63,717 nt of DNA, filler included, from Asterionella formosa (GCA_002256025.1; 24 parts of 24 records of this genome joined end to end with filler, not necessarily neighbours in it); one strand, 5' to 3'. Positions 10,550 through 24,343 are shown, counted from the whole stretch's first letter. Notes: generated by a model from the letters alone, not told the origin. A program made the numbers and translations.

Positions 10550-12330
10550 CTTCATATGTTGGTTGATAAAATGGGCAATTGAAAATCATCGTAAAAGAAT
10601 CCTAATAGTGCAATGGGTTTTTTCATGGATAAACTGGAGTCTTTACTTCAGCTAGCTTATGGTCAAAGAAGATAGCTTGATTAGCCTCCTTCCACTGGAG
10701 AAAGGAACAGGCGTGAAACTACCTTCAGAAGTCAGTCTCCCCAAGGCAGCTCAGCAGCAATTCATTAAAGTAGTGGAGGGAACAACGAGAACGTTTGTCA
10801 ATGCATATCTATGTGTCAAGTCGCCATTTTATCCTACCAAAAGATCAAGAGAAAGGTATTGAGACAATCACAGGAACAACAAATGTATGTTGACTACTAA
10901 TACACAATGCAGAGTTTATATGAGGAGGTGCAAGTCAGATGGCTATTTGGTAAAAGTAGCTTTGCAGTGTCGTGAAAGGGACTAGGAAGTGGCTCCATAC
11001 TTTGCTGGGCCAGTCCCTAGCTGATGTCCTGGATTTCCAGGTCAGAAGCAAAGGCATAAAATTCTCTCAATTTGGGATCAAGACAAACCTCTGTGTTTGT
11101 GATAAGTGCTAGCAAAGAAACATCCCAAGCCACGCACCTAGTATCAGGCCATGATAAAAATCTTCCCCATCAGATCAGATTACACAGTGGGTTTTGTTAG
11201 TTATCAGGCACAAAATTTCACTGCCACCCAGGACACGGAGGATGTAAATCAATACTTGTACATCCAATAAAAATGGCTGACGACCATGCTCCAGACTAAA
11301 TTGATAGCAGGGTTCCAGGATGTCGACAAATTGTTAGTGCTTCAAGGATAAACGACTACATTATTTGTTATTTTATGATGGTAGCAGTGGATTCGACAGG
11401 CAACCGTGCGTCTCCTGTGAAAGACAGACTACATGTCAACTGGAGTACCAATTATCATCTACCCAACAGCACACGAAGGTTTGCAAGTGAATTTAACAAA
11501 TTATTATTGAAGGAATTCAATGGTACCACTCCACCTACATATTCTATGAAACATGTCCCATCGGGGGAGTAAGAACTATCGAGGAAAAGCAGCACGTAGT
11601 CCTGTGGTTTTATAGCTAAATTAATACTGTTTCATGATGCCGATTGAGCGATGCGAATTGAGGGGTCAATTGCTGTCGTTTTGATTTTCAACTTCTTCAT
11701 GTCTCAAAAAATCCAGACTTAGGAGACTCAAGCTTAAGTCTGGAACGCTGCCAAGATTCGCCAACAGCAGATGAAGAAGTTGAAAATCGCAGATCACGGC
11801 AATTTCATAATTTCGGAGATTCATCTCTCATTTATTCTTTATGTAGAAACCTTTTCAGACTTTGTTCTCCCACTCAAAACAACATGGTAAAGCTGGTACA
11901 TATGCATAGAGAACAACACAAGGAAGTTCACCATAAATATGAGATTGGCGCACATCACCTGTACTATTGTTGTTGTTGTAATCATTGCTACCCTTGCTAT
12001 CTCGTTTGTCTTGATTGATGTCTCACGACATCACACAGGTTGATTGTTGGGTTTAGGCAGCCGCTTGGAGGTTAGGGAATTGAACCTGTAGTCCCCTAAT
12101 GTTGCAAACAAACATAGACACCATCTAGCAGTAAGTGATGCCCAGCAGATCGGATATTGTCGAATATCTTTGTCCACCAGAATCTCACTCAGTTGTCCAT
12201 TTTCACACCTCCTCTTTCTTGCGAAAGCAGCAATAGCAATGATATGAGGAATGGGTTGATTTGCAATAGAACTGGCGAAATGAAATTCGAAGCATGAAAC
12301 ATATTTCAAGGGGGACATCAGCAACCAGAA
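10550..12330. repeat. Degenerate interspersed repeat (unclassified TE relic)
   Basis: Blocks 10563-10610, 11635-11900 and 12190-12290 match 38480-38530, 38558-38840 and 39320-39400 in the same order. Confidence 0.7.
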
Positions 12331-13699
12331 AAAGAAACCATTGGAAAAGTTTTAAGGCAACGCTACAATCTAAAGATCAGCAGGAGCAAGAGAAACTTCA
12401 AACGGGTAGTTCTATGGACATGCATAACGATGATTGAGGAGTGGCGAAATGCGATTAGTAGATGGATTGTCAGGGAATCAATGTTTGGAAAATGCCATTG
12501 CTTGCAAATTCACTAGCAAACGGCCTACAGATCCATCTGATTGTCGAAGTGCCCCAAAACATATTAAAGTATCTAATCATGAATTCCTATAGTTTGTTAT
12601 CATTATACCTGTTCATTGAGTCACCGACGCTTCCAAAAGCACCACCATTGTCGATCAGCTGATTGATTTAACATTAATAGGGGTTTTGTTGTGCTATTAT
12701 TGTCCATGCTCAAGGGGTATCTCAATAGCCGATTTTTCCAAAATAAGAAATGAGTAACATTAAGTACTAAAGGCATTTGTTGACTGGCTCGACTAAAATT
12801 TTCGGGGAAACTCGAAGAAGAAGTTTTACTATAGGAAGATAGTATAAAACAACCTGGGAAATTCAAATGTTGACTACATGATGGTTGCATGTGAATCAGG
12901 TACTCCAGCCGAGTAACATGATGTACTCCCAGGAGTACCAGATACAAAGTGCGGAAGTAAAAACAAGTACAAGCAAATATCGTACTACAAATAGGTAATA
13001 AAATGGATGTGCCTGCTGGTACCGGTCTATGAACCAGTAGAGCGAGCTCATCTAACAAAACGCAAAAGAATCCTGTCCATGATTGAAAAGCATACATAGT
13101 CAGAATCTAGCACAAATAACCGTTTGTAAATGGTAGACTGGAACTGGATTACGGAGTACCAGGTATTAGTGTACTATCTATAGTAGATAGTAGATACTTT
13201 ACGGGTATAAATATGGAAACACATATTATCTTGCAGGCAGACCCGTTTGTGAATGATAATTGTCCATGACGTACAGACGTACAGACAATATATGAGATTA
13301 GAAACTTTAATGTTATTGCAGAAATTCTGGAAAAACAAGGAATTGTGCCAGCATTTTCTTGTAGGCCTCAGTATAGTATTCTCCTAAGGGCAGAAAATAC
13401 CTCCAAGGAAGACTACTGACAGTACTCCCTTGGTTCATGTATAGTTGCAACCAAATTTTATAAAGCGAAAGCTCTAATAATTCTCTGGCTACTAACAACC
13501 GATCCTACTATTTAAAAGTAATTCTGAATCGAATGGTGAATATAATATTTCTTCCAAGTATTACAGAAAAAGTTGAACGTGACCTAGGGGTTATTGGCGC
13601 ATTTTTCTTAGCATTATGGTGCCCCCTCCAGAATTTTTGCTCCAGCCCCCCCCCCCCCCCCCCACCACCTCTCCCCCCCCCCCCCCCCCCCCATTTTCC

Positions 13700-14760
13700 C
13701 CTGACACATTGACTCCAAATAGGCACAAGAAGAGGGATTTGACACCAGAACAGTGTCAATTTATCATCGATTGCTCGCTTCGCAAGCTCAAAAACGACCA
13801 TGTTGGCAATGATGAATTGGACAGCCAGCTTGTAGTAAATCCGGGTGTTCACCTTTTTTGGCTAAAAGATTTGATGTCAGCAGAATAAAAAAATATCTTA
13901 TCTGGAAGCGCGCGTGCCTCGCTTTGATTACAAATGTCACAGGAGTAAAAGAGTGGGAGAGGAATAAAATTCTCACCCACTAATATTATAACAGCTGTCA
14001 AGTTGATACCACCTCATCACCATGATCAGCACCAATCGTATTGTTCATTAGCCTACAAACTGGTATTCCTGTTAGTAAAATATTCAATTATACCGATTCG
14101 AAGCAGATAGAGTGATTCAACGTCACAATAATGCAATCAAACGATTGCTAACACCAAACAATTCTTAAAATCGTTTGTTTTATGCTATCAATCATTTGCA
14201 GTTACCCATTCAGATCAGGTCAATCATGAACCCTTTAGTCCCGGTAAGTTTGGCTTCTATGATTACTTTTATCGGGATGGTCACAGAGATTAGAATAGGT
14301 TCCTTGTTTCAAAGGATACACAGACGATCTATTTGGTACAAGATGAGGAGTTACCTCCCAAAAGAAATGTTCGTCATCATTCTCATATCAAAAGAGTCAT
14401 TATAATTTTTAATGCTGTTTTGAGACCAAGATACAATGCTACCATAGAGATGAATTTTGATGGTAATATGGAATATGGCCATTTGTTAAAACGACGCTGG
14501 AAATGAAGAAGTTTTGAAGACAAGATGTTGAATGTAACAAAAGAGGTTTATGCGGACTATTAATGAACAATTTAATAATTTTGGCAATACCTGTGAAGTG
14601 GCCAGATGATGGGGCAGTTGATTTTTGTACACTTTTCCTTCAACAAGAAAATGCGACGACATGTTTCAGGCAGGAATGTGAAGGTTCATTGAAGTGGGAA
14701 GTACGATGGAATGGAATTTCAAGCTCATACCTCAATCGCCAAATTCTCCTGTAACACTGT
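13700..14760 (+). mobile_element. Degenerate Tc1/mariner (DD39D-like) transposase relic
   Basis: Broken frames give YLVQDEELPPKRNVRHHSHIKRV, FDG.YGIWPF, IPVKWPDD, FLQQENA, QSPNSP. Confidence 0.7.
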
Positions 14761-15352
14761 AGTTGGTAGAATGGCAAGCATCATGGTGTGAGGATTGAAA
14801 ACTTCAACGTACTGGTAGGCCAACTTGAGTGGTCTTGCTGGTAGAGTAATTAGGCTTACGATATGATAATGGAAGCTAATGAGGAATTACATAGCTAGGA
14901 AAAATTGGACAAGGCTGGTACCAGGTACCTGGCACTCGAACCCAGCGAACTTGACGTTCACGGTTTCGATGAAATTACTAGTTCCCTTTTTTTTTCTTCA
15001 ACAAAGCTCACATATTTTTCCATACTAAATTTAATCCATCTTTTAGTCAGATTCTTCGCCCGTTCGTTTTGTCCTACCAACTTCCGTTATAGGAAACCTT
15101 TTTCACCTGGAGATTCAATACTTTGGCAATTGAGATTCAAGCGAGGGAAAGAATTTAAAGAAAATGAGGCAGTTGTAATAATGTAATACCATTTTAACGA
15201 TATCTCGCCATGATGTTCGTCAATTAAAGTTACAAACTAGGCTACAGGGTATTCTCCCCACCATAGGCTGAAGTCATCTTCTACTGAGCATTTGGATACC
15301 ATATAATATCCACCAAACTAGTGAGAATCACCTCTCAATCATAGCGAAGTTT

Positions 15353-16207
15353 TCATTCCAACTGTTCAGCGCGTTCCCTAGACAACAACATTTGCTGATA
15401 AGCATCTCCAATGAGAAGCTTGTCACGGCCTCCGACTGCCTGTAAAAATGGATCCTCTTCGTCATTGGAGTCGAATTCTGGTATTTCATCGTCATTACCA
15501 TCGGTATCCTCGTCTTCTTCATTTTCTCCTCCCCTGTTTCCGTTTCCTATAGCCTCCTCCTCCTCTCGGCGCAATCGGCGTCGCTCGGCTTTTGCAACCT
15601 TCTTTTCGTCTACATTTTCCCTTTCTAGTTTACGTTCCATTGCCTTACGTTCCCGAAGCGACACTCGTCTAGCCTCTCTGGCCAAAATCTCATCGACGGT
15701 TTCTGGCGCTTGTTCTTCATCTGGTAAAGCGACTTCTTTAACACACATGGCACAGACACGGTGAATCGTGTCCATTGCCAATAAAGTTGGGACGTTCGTT
15801 GAAGCAGCAGCTGATTCCGGTATTTGTAGCTCCATCTCCTCATCAACAGCACGTTTTACCAACACGATATCATCGTTTTCCTTTTGTTTTATCTCTATCA
15901 AATGCTTCTTGGCTTTGCTCGATGTCGTGCATGGCTCACAAATAGTGTGATACGCCGACTTTATATTCTTCTTGTTGCAAAAATTACACTTGCCTAGCTG
16001 TGTAAGTGGCTTGTACTTTCGATATTGCTTTCTCCATTCTAATTTGTCTGTGCACCTGCGACAGCAGTGTTGAATTGGTGAATTCAGAATTTTCTCTGTA
16101 AGTTTGGACTTTGGGTTGTGCTTGAATGCATACGTATTTTGATGAGCAGGGGGTCGACTCTTTTTGTCAGATCCTCTGGACTTTACTGTATTAGCTCCTT
16201 GGGGCAT
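15353..16207 (-). CDS. C9orf85/DUF2039-like zinc-binding protein
   Basis: PAHQNTYAFKHN, CCRRCTDKLEWRKQYRKYKPL, CNFC, AYHTICEPC; acidic tail. Confidence 0.88.
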   Translation of the reverse strand: MPQGANTVKSRGSDKKSRPPAHQNTYAFKHNPKSKLTEKILNSPIQHCCRRCTDKLEWRKQYRKYKPLTQLGKCNFCNKKNIKSAYHTICEPCTTSSKAKKHLIEIKQKENDDIVLVKRAVDEEMELQIPESAAASTNVPTLLAMDTIHRVCAMCVKEVALPDEEQAPETVDEILAREARRVSLRERKAMERKLERENVDEKKVAKAERRRLRREEEEAIGNGNRGGENEEDEDTDGNDDEIPEFDSNDEEDPFLQAVGGRDKLLIGDAYQQMLLSRERAEQLE

Positions 16208-16682
16208 GATTTTATTTATTGATTCGATTGATGGGCTACCGGTAGTTTTGGATTAGAGGAAACGACAAAGTGACGAGAGTCGCAATTCGAATAAGAATAC
16301 GGTAGCAGAACACAAAAATGATGGGGAAAATCATCATACGCGATGATCTACCGGTGGATCAATTGTACTGGGTGGTGGTGGCGAACAAGGTGCTCGCTTG
16401 AGTGCCCATAACCTCCACGACTCGCGAGTCACGCTGAAACTATATCCTGATGATGAAATGATGACGACGAGAGGTATGTGAGATACCGGTAGCTTAACGG
16501 TATGTAGGTCTTTGTACATCGATTGATAATTGTTACACAAACATATTACCGGTATAGTGCTGACGATGAATTCGCATTGTTAGAAATTAGAATCAGTGTT
16601 TGCATCAATACAATACATTCTCCTTCGTTGATCCGCTACCCCTTCAAGCCTTCTTCCCGAACTCTGTTCCTAATTCGCAATC

Positions 16683-17003
16683 ATGGTTCACGGGAGAGCC
16701 GGCTTCCAATTGGAAGCCTGGAAATTTGGCATTTACTTGGGAATTCCCATTGTTGCATCAATGAGTTTCAATTCTCCTGCAGTCCAAAGATACTTTGCTG
16801 ACTACTTCCAGTTTCTTAAGTACCCCGCCAATCCCAATACAAACTTAAAAGAGGATTTTGAAAAGTTCCAAGAAAACTTTGAAAAGACGCAAAAGCAACG
16901 AGAGGAATATCGAGCTCAAGTACGAAAGCTGGCAGAACGAACCGAAGTAACGCAAGAAGCGTTGGTAGAAGACAAGAAACGAGGCTGGTTTGGTTTGTGG
17001 TAG
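16683..17003 (+). CDS. PET100-like mitochondrial cytochrome c oxidase assembly factor
   Basis: LEAWKFGIYLGIPI single TM near N-terminus, coiled C-terminus, 106 aa. Confidence 0.7.
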   Translation: MVHGRAGFQLEAWKFGIYLGIPIVASMSFNSPAVQRYFADYFQFLKYPANPNTNLKEDFEKFQENFEKTQKQREEYRAQVRKLAERTEVTQEALVEDKKRGWFGLW

Positions 17004-17223
17004 GCCAGTAATAGCTTTCATCGATACTAACAACTCGACTACCGGTAGTAGATTTATATTTTTACCGGCTGTCTCTGGCTTGTTAGAAGAGTTGCACCTA
17101 AATCGCCAAGAGTAAATGTAAACTTCCAGTTCTCTATTAGCTAGGTACAGATGCATACAAAGAATTTAATAGTCGGAATACCTATATAGTAAAGGGCATT
17201 TGTCGCCTTAGTAGTTCATCGTA

Positions 17224-19086
17224 TCATACCATAGCTACTTCTGCTTTTGATGTCTTGGATTCTTCTTGCCCTTTGTCACCTTCGAAATCGTCGTCGTCAT
17301 CGTCATAGATCGCACAACTCGTGTCTTCCTTGTCCTCAGCCATTCCTGACAGCTGTACATGATCACCCACGTCCTCATCTTCCTCTTCTCCCACTACAAA
17401 CCCTGATTCGGTATATTCTTCAAATTTCTTGCCCATGAATCTGGCATTCCAAATCAAAAATGACGCGACAGCCATACCCACCAAGGACCCATTCGCAACT
17501 AGATTGGCGGCTGAATCTGAAAATGCATTTGTCACCACTGATCCTACGGCCTTGGATCCACGGGCGCCAAAGATATCAATCCATGACTTGGCCTTATACC
17601 TGATAGAAGCCGACGTGGGTTGGTACAGCATTTCCTTAGTTGGGTTGTTCAGGGCGTAACTGCAGGCCTTGAGCATCATCATTGCGGCGAAGACAACATA
17701 CAGAGTCGGCTTGATACGAACAAAAATGATGACTCCCAAACACAATGTCGGAAAAAGTAGGAGTGTCAAGCGTAAACCTAAATACCGGATGACGGCTGAC
17801 GTTCCAAAAAGGGATAGTAAAAACGATAGTGTGTTTGTTGCTTGCCCGAACAATCCCATAAATGCTGTGAAGGCCGCTGTCGCATCCTGCGACATGCCCA
17901 TTTCAGCAGTATTGTAGCATGACATGCCCACATCACATGGATGCAAAGAAGCAAAGTAATCCCGAGCCAATACTTTCATGGTGTAATCGATAATTGTGAC
18001 CTCCACCATGAACAGTGTTGAGATGGCAAAAATTCCCTTTACGTAATTGTGCTTCGCAAAGAGTTTCAAGCCTTCTGTTATACCTGCCTTTGACTTTTTC
18101 TTAGTCGCAGGCGCAGCTCCATTTCTATCGTGAGTTCCGTATGTTTGAATGTAGAAATACATGGTAAACTGAAGCAAGACCATGCAGCCCGCCCCGAGTA
18201 AATAACACTTGGCGACACCAATAGTGGAAGCATATTGACTGACAATTGTAGGACCGATAATACTTCCAATTTGGGCAAAAGCTACCATGACACCATAGGA
18301 TGCCTTGGCAGTTTCCAAAGAAAAGTTGGAGTTGGCAAATGACCAAAATAGGGAGACCATTACGGAGCCAAAAGATTCAATGGAACAGTAAGACAGCCAT
18401 CCAAGAATTCTGGCTGGATTGGGTTTCTCATTTTCCAAACCAATCGTTGGGTGCATCAAGCAAAGCGAAATGATTGTAAACAATACGCAGTAGAAGCTTC
18501 CGAACAAATAGAATAATTGGTGTCTCGGTAAGTCACTATCGAGCATTCGATTGTAAAAACTCACCACCCCCAGAACGACGAAGACAGACAACATCTTTGC
18601 CTTTGGAATGACACTAACTCCACAAAGAGCAGTGAGGATTGGATCCTTCAAACTCCTCAAAAGCCAATAACCCCCAATCATAAAAAAGAGGGTCAAGGAG
18701 AGAGTCAACGTGCGTATCATTTCACTGGGTGGCAACTTCTCTCCGTACAATCTGGTGTAGACTTTCTTGAGCGTCCGCAAAGTTGCCTGGGTGGCTCGAT
18801 GGATTGGCGAACCCCGTAGTTCCGTGAGAGGTACATCCAAGAACTCTTCCTCTTCGTCGTCGTCTCCTCTGTCAATATTGGCATAAATGTCTCCTGATGT
18901 ACCCTTGACCTTCGCCTTCTTCATCAGAGACTCCCCAGCCCCGTCGTGGGCGTCCATGGTCGCTGGTCCCTGTCCAGCCGATTGCGTTTCCATGGATCCC
19001 CAGTTTGAAAGAGAAGTATCAATAGAAGATGCAAGCTGTTGTGCCTCAGGAGAGGACATGGGAAATGGGTCTCTAGCAGCACTCAT
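17224..19086 (-). CDS. Nucleotide transporter (NTT / TLC ATP-ADP translocase family)
   Basis: [31 protein letters not shown]...[18 protein letters not shown]; many TM segments. Confidence 0.92.
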   Translation of the reverse strand: MSAARDPFPMSSPEAQQLASSIDTSLSNWGSMETQSAGQGPATMDAHDGAGESLMKKAKVKGTSGDIYANIDRGDDDEEEEFLDVPLTELRGSPIHRATQATLRTLKKVYTRLYGEKLPPSEMIRTLTLSLTLFFMIGGYWLLRSLKDPILTALCGVSVIPKAKMLSVFVVLGVVSFYNRMLDSDLPRHQLFYLFGSFYCVLFTIISLCLMHPTIGLENEKPNPARILGWLSYCSIESFGSVMVSLFWSFANSNFSLETAKASYGVMVAFAQIGSIIGPTIVSQYASTIGVAKCYLLGAGCMVLLQFTMYFYIQTYGTHDRNGAAPATKKKSKAGITEGLKLFAKHNYVKGIFAISTLFMVEVTIIDYTMKVLARDYFASLHPCDVGMSCYNTAEMGMSQDATAAFTAFMGLFGQATNTLSFLLSLFGTSAVIRYLGLRLTLLLFPTLCLGVIIFVRIKPTLYVVFAAMMMLKACSYALNNPTKEMLYQPTSASIRYKAKSWIDIFGARGSKAVGSVVTNAFSDSAANLVANGSLVGMAVASFLIWNARFMGKKFEEYTESGFVVGEEEDEDVGDHVQLSGMAEDKEDTSCAIYDDDDDDFEGDKGQEESKTSKAEVAMV

Positions 19087-20269
19087 CGTGGGAAGATCCT
19101 ACTTTAGAAGGTAGCAATGACGACGACTGTGAATACTCTTTCCTTTAGGGTATTACGATCGCTTCAGATAGCTTTTGTTGGCGCTTGCTCAGTGTGACGT
19201 AATGTTCTAAGGTTGCAAAGCTAACGAAACGTTGATGATAAACTGAATGACAACCAATTTGACCCTTGCTTAGAAATTTTGGTAAACAATAACAGAAATC
19301 CATGAAAAAGGTACGATATTGTATGGCACTCTCTCTGTTTACCTGACTTTTTGATCAGGATGCCCAAGGGTGTCGAAGTGTGCGTGCAGTACGACAAAAG
19401 ATTTGAAATAAGAATATTCGGTCAGAAATATTTTTTTGATATCCCTCGGGTGGGTACCTGATAGTGTACTACCGGTATACGCAACTGGTACCCAGGTACC
19501 GGTACCAAGTAATAATAAGTAATCCAAGTGCCTTGGTACCCTTGGTACCAGGTACCCCTGGTACCGTTAGACTACATAGAGGACGACCTCTCCAACTGCA
19601 TACGTATATGGTACATGCACCATGTAGTGGTGCCAGAGGATGTGACAAAATGGTTTTTTATTTTGCTTACCGTAGGGGAGGAACAAAGAAAGAAGCGTGA
19701 TGACTCGGTACATGCCTCTCCTCGTCCTAATCAAGCTGCCTATAGTATGATGTACAAAAGTCATCGTACATTCTGGTAGACCTCAAACAAAAGCTCGTAA
19801 GGGTTATACCGGTAGCTTTTCAAACCCTTGCTCCTAGCTGACTTCAACAGATATTTCATTTCTGAAAAGCTATTTGATATCCACAGAGCTGTAGGTTTCT
19901 GGAGGTATGCATGGCAATAAGTTTCTAGTTTTAATTTTTCAGATACATGAGAAGTCTGCCTGCCGCAATCATCTCAAAAATATCTGTGCAGGATGACACA
20001 AAAACGCAAATTGACAATGGGCAAAGGTGTTGTCGTTTCATGCCTTTGCAAGTACATTCACCCATCACTGTGGGTCTGAATTCATCATGTGAACATTTCT
20101 GTAAAGGAGGAGGAGGTCATCGAAATAGATGATCACCAGTTAGATAATAGCAATTCTACTGCTATGTAGATATTTACTATTCAGTTGAAGTTCAAGATTA
20201 CAATAGATGTACTCCAAATAGCACTATATTTATATATAAATAATTAAAAATTAAAAAGGAGGAACGTCT

Positions 20270-20700
20270 GTCAATCCAATGCAGCCATAGTTGCGCCAAA
20301 ATCATTGTTAGATTCTTCCACCGATTCCCATTGACCTGACTGCAATGCCCTGAAAAACGATAGATCATTGATAATTAAATCCGGACTGTTTGCTGGTTGC
20401 TTTGTCAATTGAATATCCCAGCCTTCCGCGCTTGCTGCAGCTACAAAGGGAGCGCAATCAGAACCGAAATGTGTGGATGCATTGTCATGCTGTAGATATA
20501 TTCATTTGTTGTCATCGGGCCACTTCTCTCTGATCACAGGTAAAACATTGTTCACGATCATGTCAGCATATGTCTGCTTGGTAACTGGAAGGAATTTTGT
20601 TTCCATTGTCCCCGCTGGTCGATAAGTGGAAGCCTTTTGGACTGCCACTTGGTGGCCAAATACCAATTTTACCATCAAACACACACACTTTGCTGTCAAG
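20270..20700 (-). mobile_element. Mariner-like (DD39D) transposase C-terminal relic
   Basis: RPAGTMETK...VLPVIREKWP*IYLQHDNASTH...GWDIQLTKQPANSPDLIINDLSFFRALQS. Confidence 0.82.
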
Positions 20701-21118
20701 TTTAATTTTTTACGACTAGTTTCCGGGTACTTTACTTGCTCAGGTTGTATCAGTACCAGCAGTAGCTAAATAGCTACATAAGAACTGGTACTATGCATAG
20801 CTGCACATAGGAGAGGCAACCTGCGGGTATTCATACTGTACATTCATATATCTTATGATCTGGAACCTGGATATAGAATCACCTCAGAACCCTTTATCTG
20901 GATATCAAACGGCATCATCAGCCACTGAAAATGGTGATGCAAATATTGGTGCTCAATTGCCACATTTTTCACAACTTGTATACGGCTAGCTCGTATTCTT
21001 GAATTTGCTGCTTGCCTATATATTGAGCGTCATTATTATAATCAATTTTCTTCTGCATAGGTCTCCCCTCCGTCTTTAACCCTTGCCTCAAACGTAACAA
21101 ACTTATTAAGTTTCTAAA

Positions 21119-22066
21119 ATGCAACACGATGAGATGATTTGGCAGGTGATCAATCACCAGTTTTGCTCGTTTAAAACAACTATTGGCAAGGCCAAGTCGG
21201 ACAAGATGATGTTTTGCAAACACCCATACTCTGTCACTGGTCTATGCAATAGAACCTCCTGTCCACTTGCCAACTCAAAATACGCAACGATTCGAGAAGA
21301 GCAAGGTAGGATCCATTTGTACATGAAGACAGTCGAACGAGCTCATTCTCCAAAGAATCTGTGGGAAAAGATTGTCTTGTCAAGGAATTACTCGAAAGCC
21401 ATTGCTCAACTCGATGAGCACCTTGAGTACTTTCCAAAAGTGTTAATGCACCGCAACAAACAACGGTTGACGAAGATCCACCAATACTTGATTCGTATGA
21501 GAAAGATTAAGCTGAAGGAATTGAATGGTCGCAAGGCCAAAATGGTGGGTGTTCACCGAAGTCTGGATCAGCGAGAAGAACGCCGTGAAAAGAAGGCAAT
21601 GGTGGCGGCAAAGTTGGAGCAGACTATCGAAAAGGAGCTAGTAGAGAGGTTGGCAAAGGGAACGTATGGAGATATTTACAACTTTCCTGAAGTGCCGTAT
21701 CAAAAAGCACTTCGGTTGCTGGAGAAAGAGGAAGAAGTGGAGGACGAAAGTGAGAGCGAAGAAGAAGACGAGGAGGAAGGCCTTGTAGAATATGTTGAGG
21801 ATTTAGAAGAGGATGAAGAAGAAGATGAGATTGAAGATATGGAATATCTTGGTAACAATGAATGGGGATCAGGAAGTGACGATGAGGAGGATGAGGATAC
21901 TGAAAAGGATGCGGACGACGACAGCAATGACGATGATTCTCCTCATAAGAAGCCACCAGTTGTGAAACCCACCAAAAAGAGACGAAAGGGAACCCGAGTC
22001 GAGATTGAGTACGAAGAAGAACTCGAAGAAGAGTCATTGGCAGTCCAGACTGGGCTGGCATGGTGA
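21119..22066 (+). CDS. MAK16: Ribosome biogenesis protein MAK16
   Basis: MQHDEMIWQVINHQFCSFK, VTGLCNRTSCPLANSKYAT, KQRLTKIHQYL, GTYGDIYN, VEIEYE. Confidence 0.97.
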   Translation: MQHDEMIWQVINHQFCSFKTTIGKAKSDKMMFCKHPYSVTGLCNRTSCPLANSKYATIREEQGRIHLYMKTVERAHSPKNLWEKIVLSRNYSKAIAQLDEHLEYFPKVLMHRNKQRLTKIHQYLIRMRKIKLKELNGRKAKMVGVHRSLDQREERREKKAMVAAKLEQTIEKELVERLAKGTYGDIYNFPEVPYQKALRLLEKEEEVEDESESEEEDEEEGLVEYVEDLEEDEEEDEIEDMEYLGNNEWGSGSDDEEDEDTEKDADDDSNDDDSPHKKPPVVKPTKKRRKGTRVEIEYEEELEEESLAVQTGLAW

Positions 22067-23289
22067 GAATCGTACCAAGATTTTTTGTAATACTAGCATC
22101 AACCGTCATTTCTACATTAAATGTTTTGCTGTGCTGCACAGCAGTACATGGTCTATGTTCACCAATTTTGGGATTCACTAAAGAGTCGTCGTAGCTGGTT
22201 TATTACTTTCTCCAGTCGCACTGAATTACACAAAAAAATCTCTCTTGTAGTTCGTTGGAACAACTGTTGTTCCCCAAGTTCCAGAAGTTTGGTGACATGG
22301 ATTCAAATCCTCGAATCGCACCTATCCGTGCTATCATAATGTTACCACCCTCTCAAAAAGTGTGCAACTGGATTTCCATATCATTCCAAATGCTTTCTAG
22401 TCCAGTTCTCCAATGTACCACGTCTGCTTGACGAACATCTGTAACTCCCAAATGTGTTTAACATTGGATTCACGCGCTTCACATCCCATGGTATCATTTT
22501 TCTAAAGATAATAAGAATGAATCCCTACCGGTATACCTTTCGTTGTCTTTATGGATACACGCATATCATACAAAAATGTAAATATTATATGGAATATTAT
22601 ATTATACCGGTAGTAAGCCATCTCACCGATTGGTGCAACAAAAGGCAGCAAGCATAATGAAGCACACAATTGGCTATCTCCACATATGTACATCTGCAAA
22701 TCCGTGTGTTCATCTTGCTCGCCTCAATGTCGTACTCAGAGGTACCCGGTAACAGGTACCACCTGCTACGCACCTGCTACGGAGTACCAACGTGCTAACT
22801 GATGATCGTGATGCAAGGACGAGACGAAGGGACATACCACCTACCGGTAGTTTTGGAGCACCAGATACCAGGTACCGGTAGTGTCAAGAATATTAGCCCG
22901 AGTCACAAGGATTGTGGACTCGATTGTAATCGAACGAGTCGAATATTGCATTGCCACGTCAATCAGCTGTCTAACGAGATCAGAGATTGAAGATTTCTAT
23001 GGAAATGTTAAGTGGAAACTCGAAGAGAGTCTTAGAATGACTTTGCAGGAAGCAAAGATGCATGGAAAGGAAACATTTAGTTTAGCTTATAATTTAATTT
23101 GAGATTTAGATTATCAACCGAGGAAACAGTGTGTTAATTGACAGGAAGGTCAATTAGTCTATCTAGCAGGAAGGCTAGAAGCAGAGACANNNNNNNNNNN
23201 NNNNNNNNNNNNNNNNNNNNNNNNNNNNNNNNNTTAATTAATTAANNNNNNNNNNNNNNNNNNNNNNNNNNNNNNNNNNNNNNNNNNNN

Positions 23290-24343
23290 TGTAGCGCAGG
23301 TTCTTGAAGAAACTGCGGCGCAGCGCCGGGTCGCGTTCCATCGCGTCGGCCAGCATGCCGAAGGCGATGGGCGCCGAGCCGAAGACCGAGGGCGACACCT
23401 CGTACAGGTTCTTGATCGTGGTCTCGAACTGGCCGGGGATGGGCTTGCCTTCGTCGAGGAAGACCGTGCCGCCGTTCCACAGCACCGCGTTGAAGCCGAT
23501 GTTGCCGGCGCTGATGTGGCTCCAGGGCATCCACTCCAGGCTCTGGGGGATCAGGTCGGGGTCGACCGGTTCGGCGCGCAGGCCCTCCTGCCCGGCAATC
23601 ACGCCGGCCATCATGCCGAAGGTCTGGGGCACGCCCTTGGGCATGCCGGTCGAGCCCGAGGTGAACAGGAACTTGGCCACCGAGGCCGGGCCCAGCGCGT
23701 CGCGCCGCACGGCCACGGCGGCGGTGGGCGCGGTGCCCGTCAACGTGGCCAGCGGAATGCAGCCTTCGCCGCTGCCGTCGGCGGTGACGAAGACCAGGCC
23801 GGTATCCATCGCCCGCAGGGTGTTGAAGGCCCGTTCGAAGGCCGTGCCCGATTGCGCAAACACCACCCTGGGGCGCACCACGGCCGCGCAGTGGCGCAGC
23901 TTGGCATGGTCGGTGGACAGCAGCGAGAAGGCCGGGCTGATGGGCGCCACCGGCACGCCGGCGGTGTAGCAGCCCAGGGTGATCTGTGCGTGTTCGAGCG
24001 AGTTGGCCGACAGCACCATCACGCTGTCACCGGCGCCCAGGCCCTGGTCAGCCAACCACTGGGCCACGCTCTCGGCGCGGGCCAGCGCTTGGCCGTAGCT
24101 GATCTCGCGCCAGGGCCCGTGGCCTGGCGTGCGCTGCTTCATCCAGGGCCGCTCGGGGTGCTGCTGGGCGCGCGCCTGCAGCAGGTGGGCGATGCTGCGC
24201 GGCCCCGTGCCGGGCAGGTGGTTCGAACGCAGCAGGATGCTGCCGTCGGTGCGGCGCTCGACCGTGGCGCTGGGGCCCTTCATCGGCAGGGGTTTGAACG
24301 GCGGCAGGCTGCCCATGGGGGCGCCGGTCGTGGGCTGGGTCAT
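23290..24343 (-). CDS. fcs: Bacterial feruloyl-CoA synthetase-like acyl-CoA ligase (partial), probable contaminant contig
   Basis: Very GC-rich contig; AMP-binding FLFTSGSTGMPKGV, DGSILLRS, WMPWSH, ETTIKNLYEVSP; AGGAG Shine-Dalgarno just before ATG. Confidence 0.85.

Noticed and set aside
13616..13888. Poly-Pro/poly-Gly ORFs
   Set aside because: Come from a poly-C run that looks like low-quality sequence inside a mariner relic.
15411..15764. Ser-rich plus-strand ORF, and similar antisense ORFs over MAK16, NTT and gamma-CA
   Set aside because: Shadows of real genes on the opposite strand.
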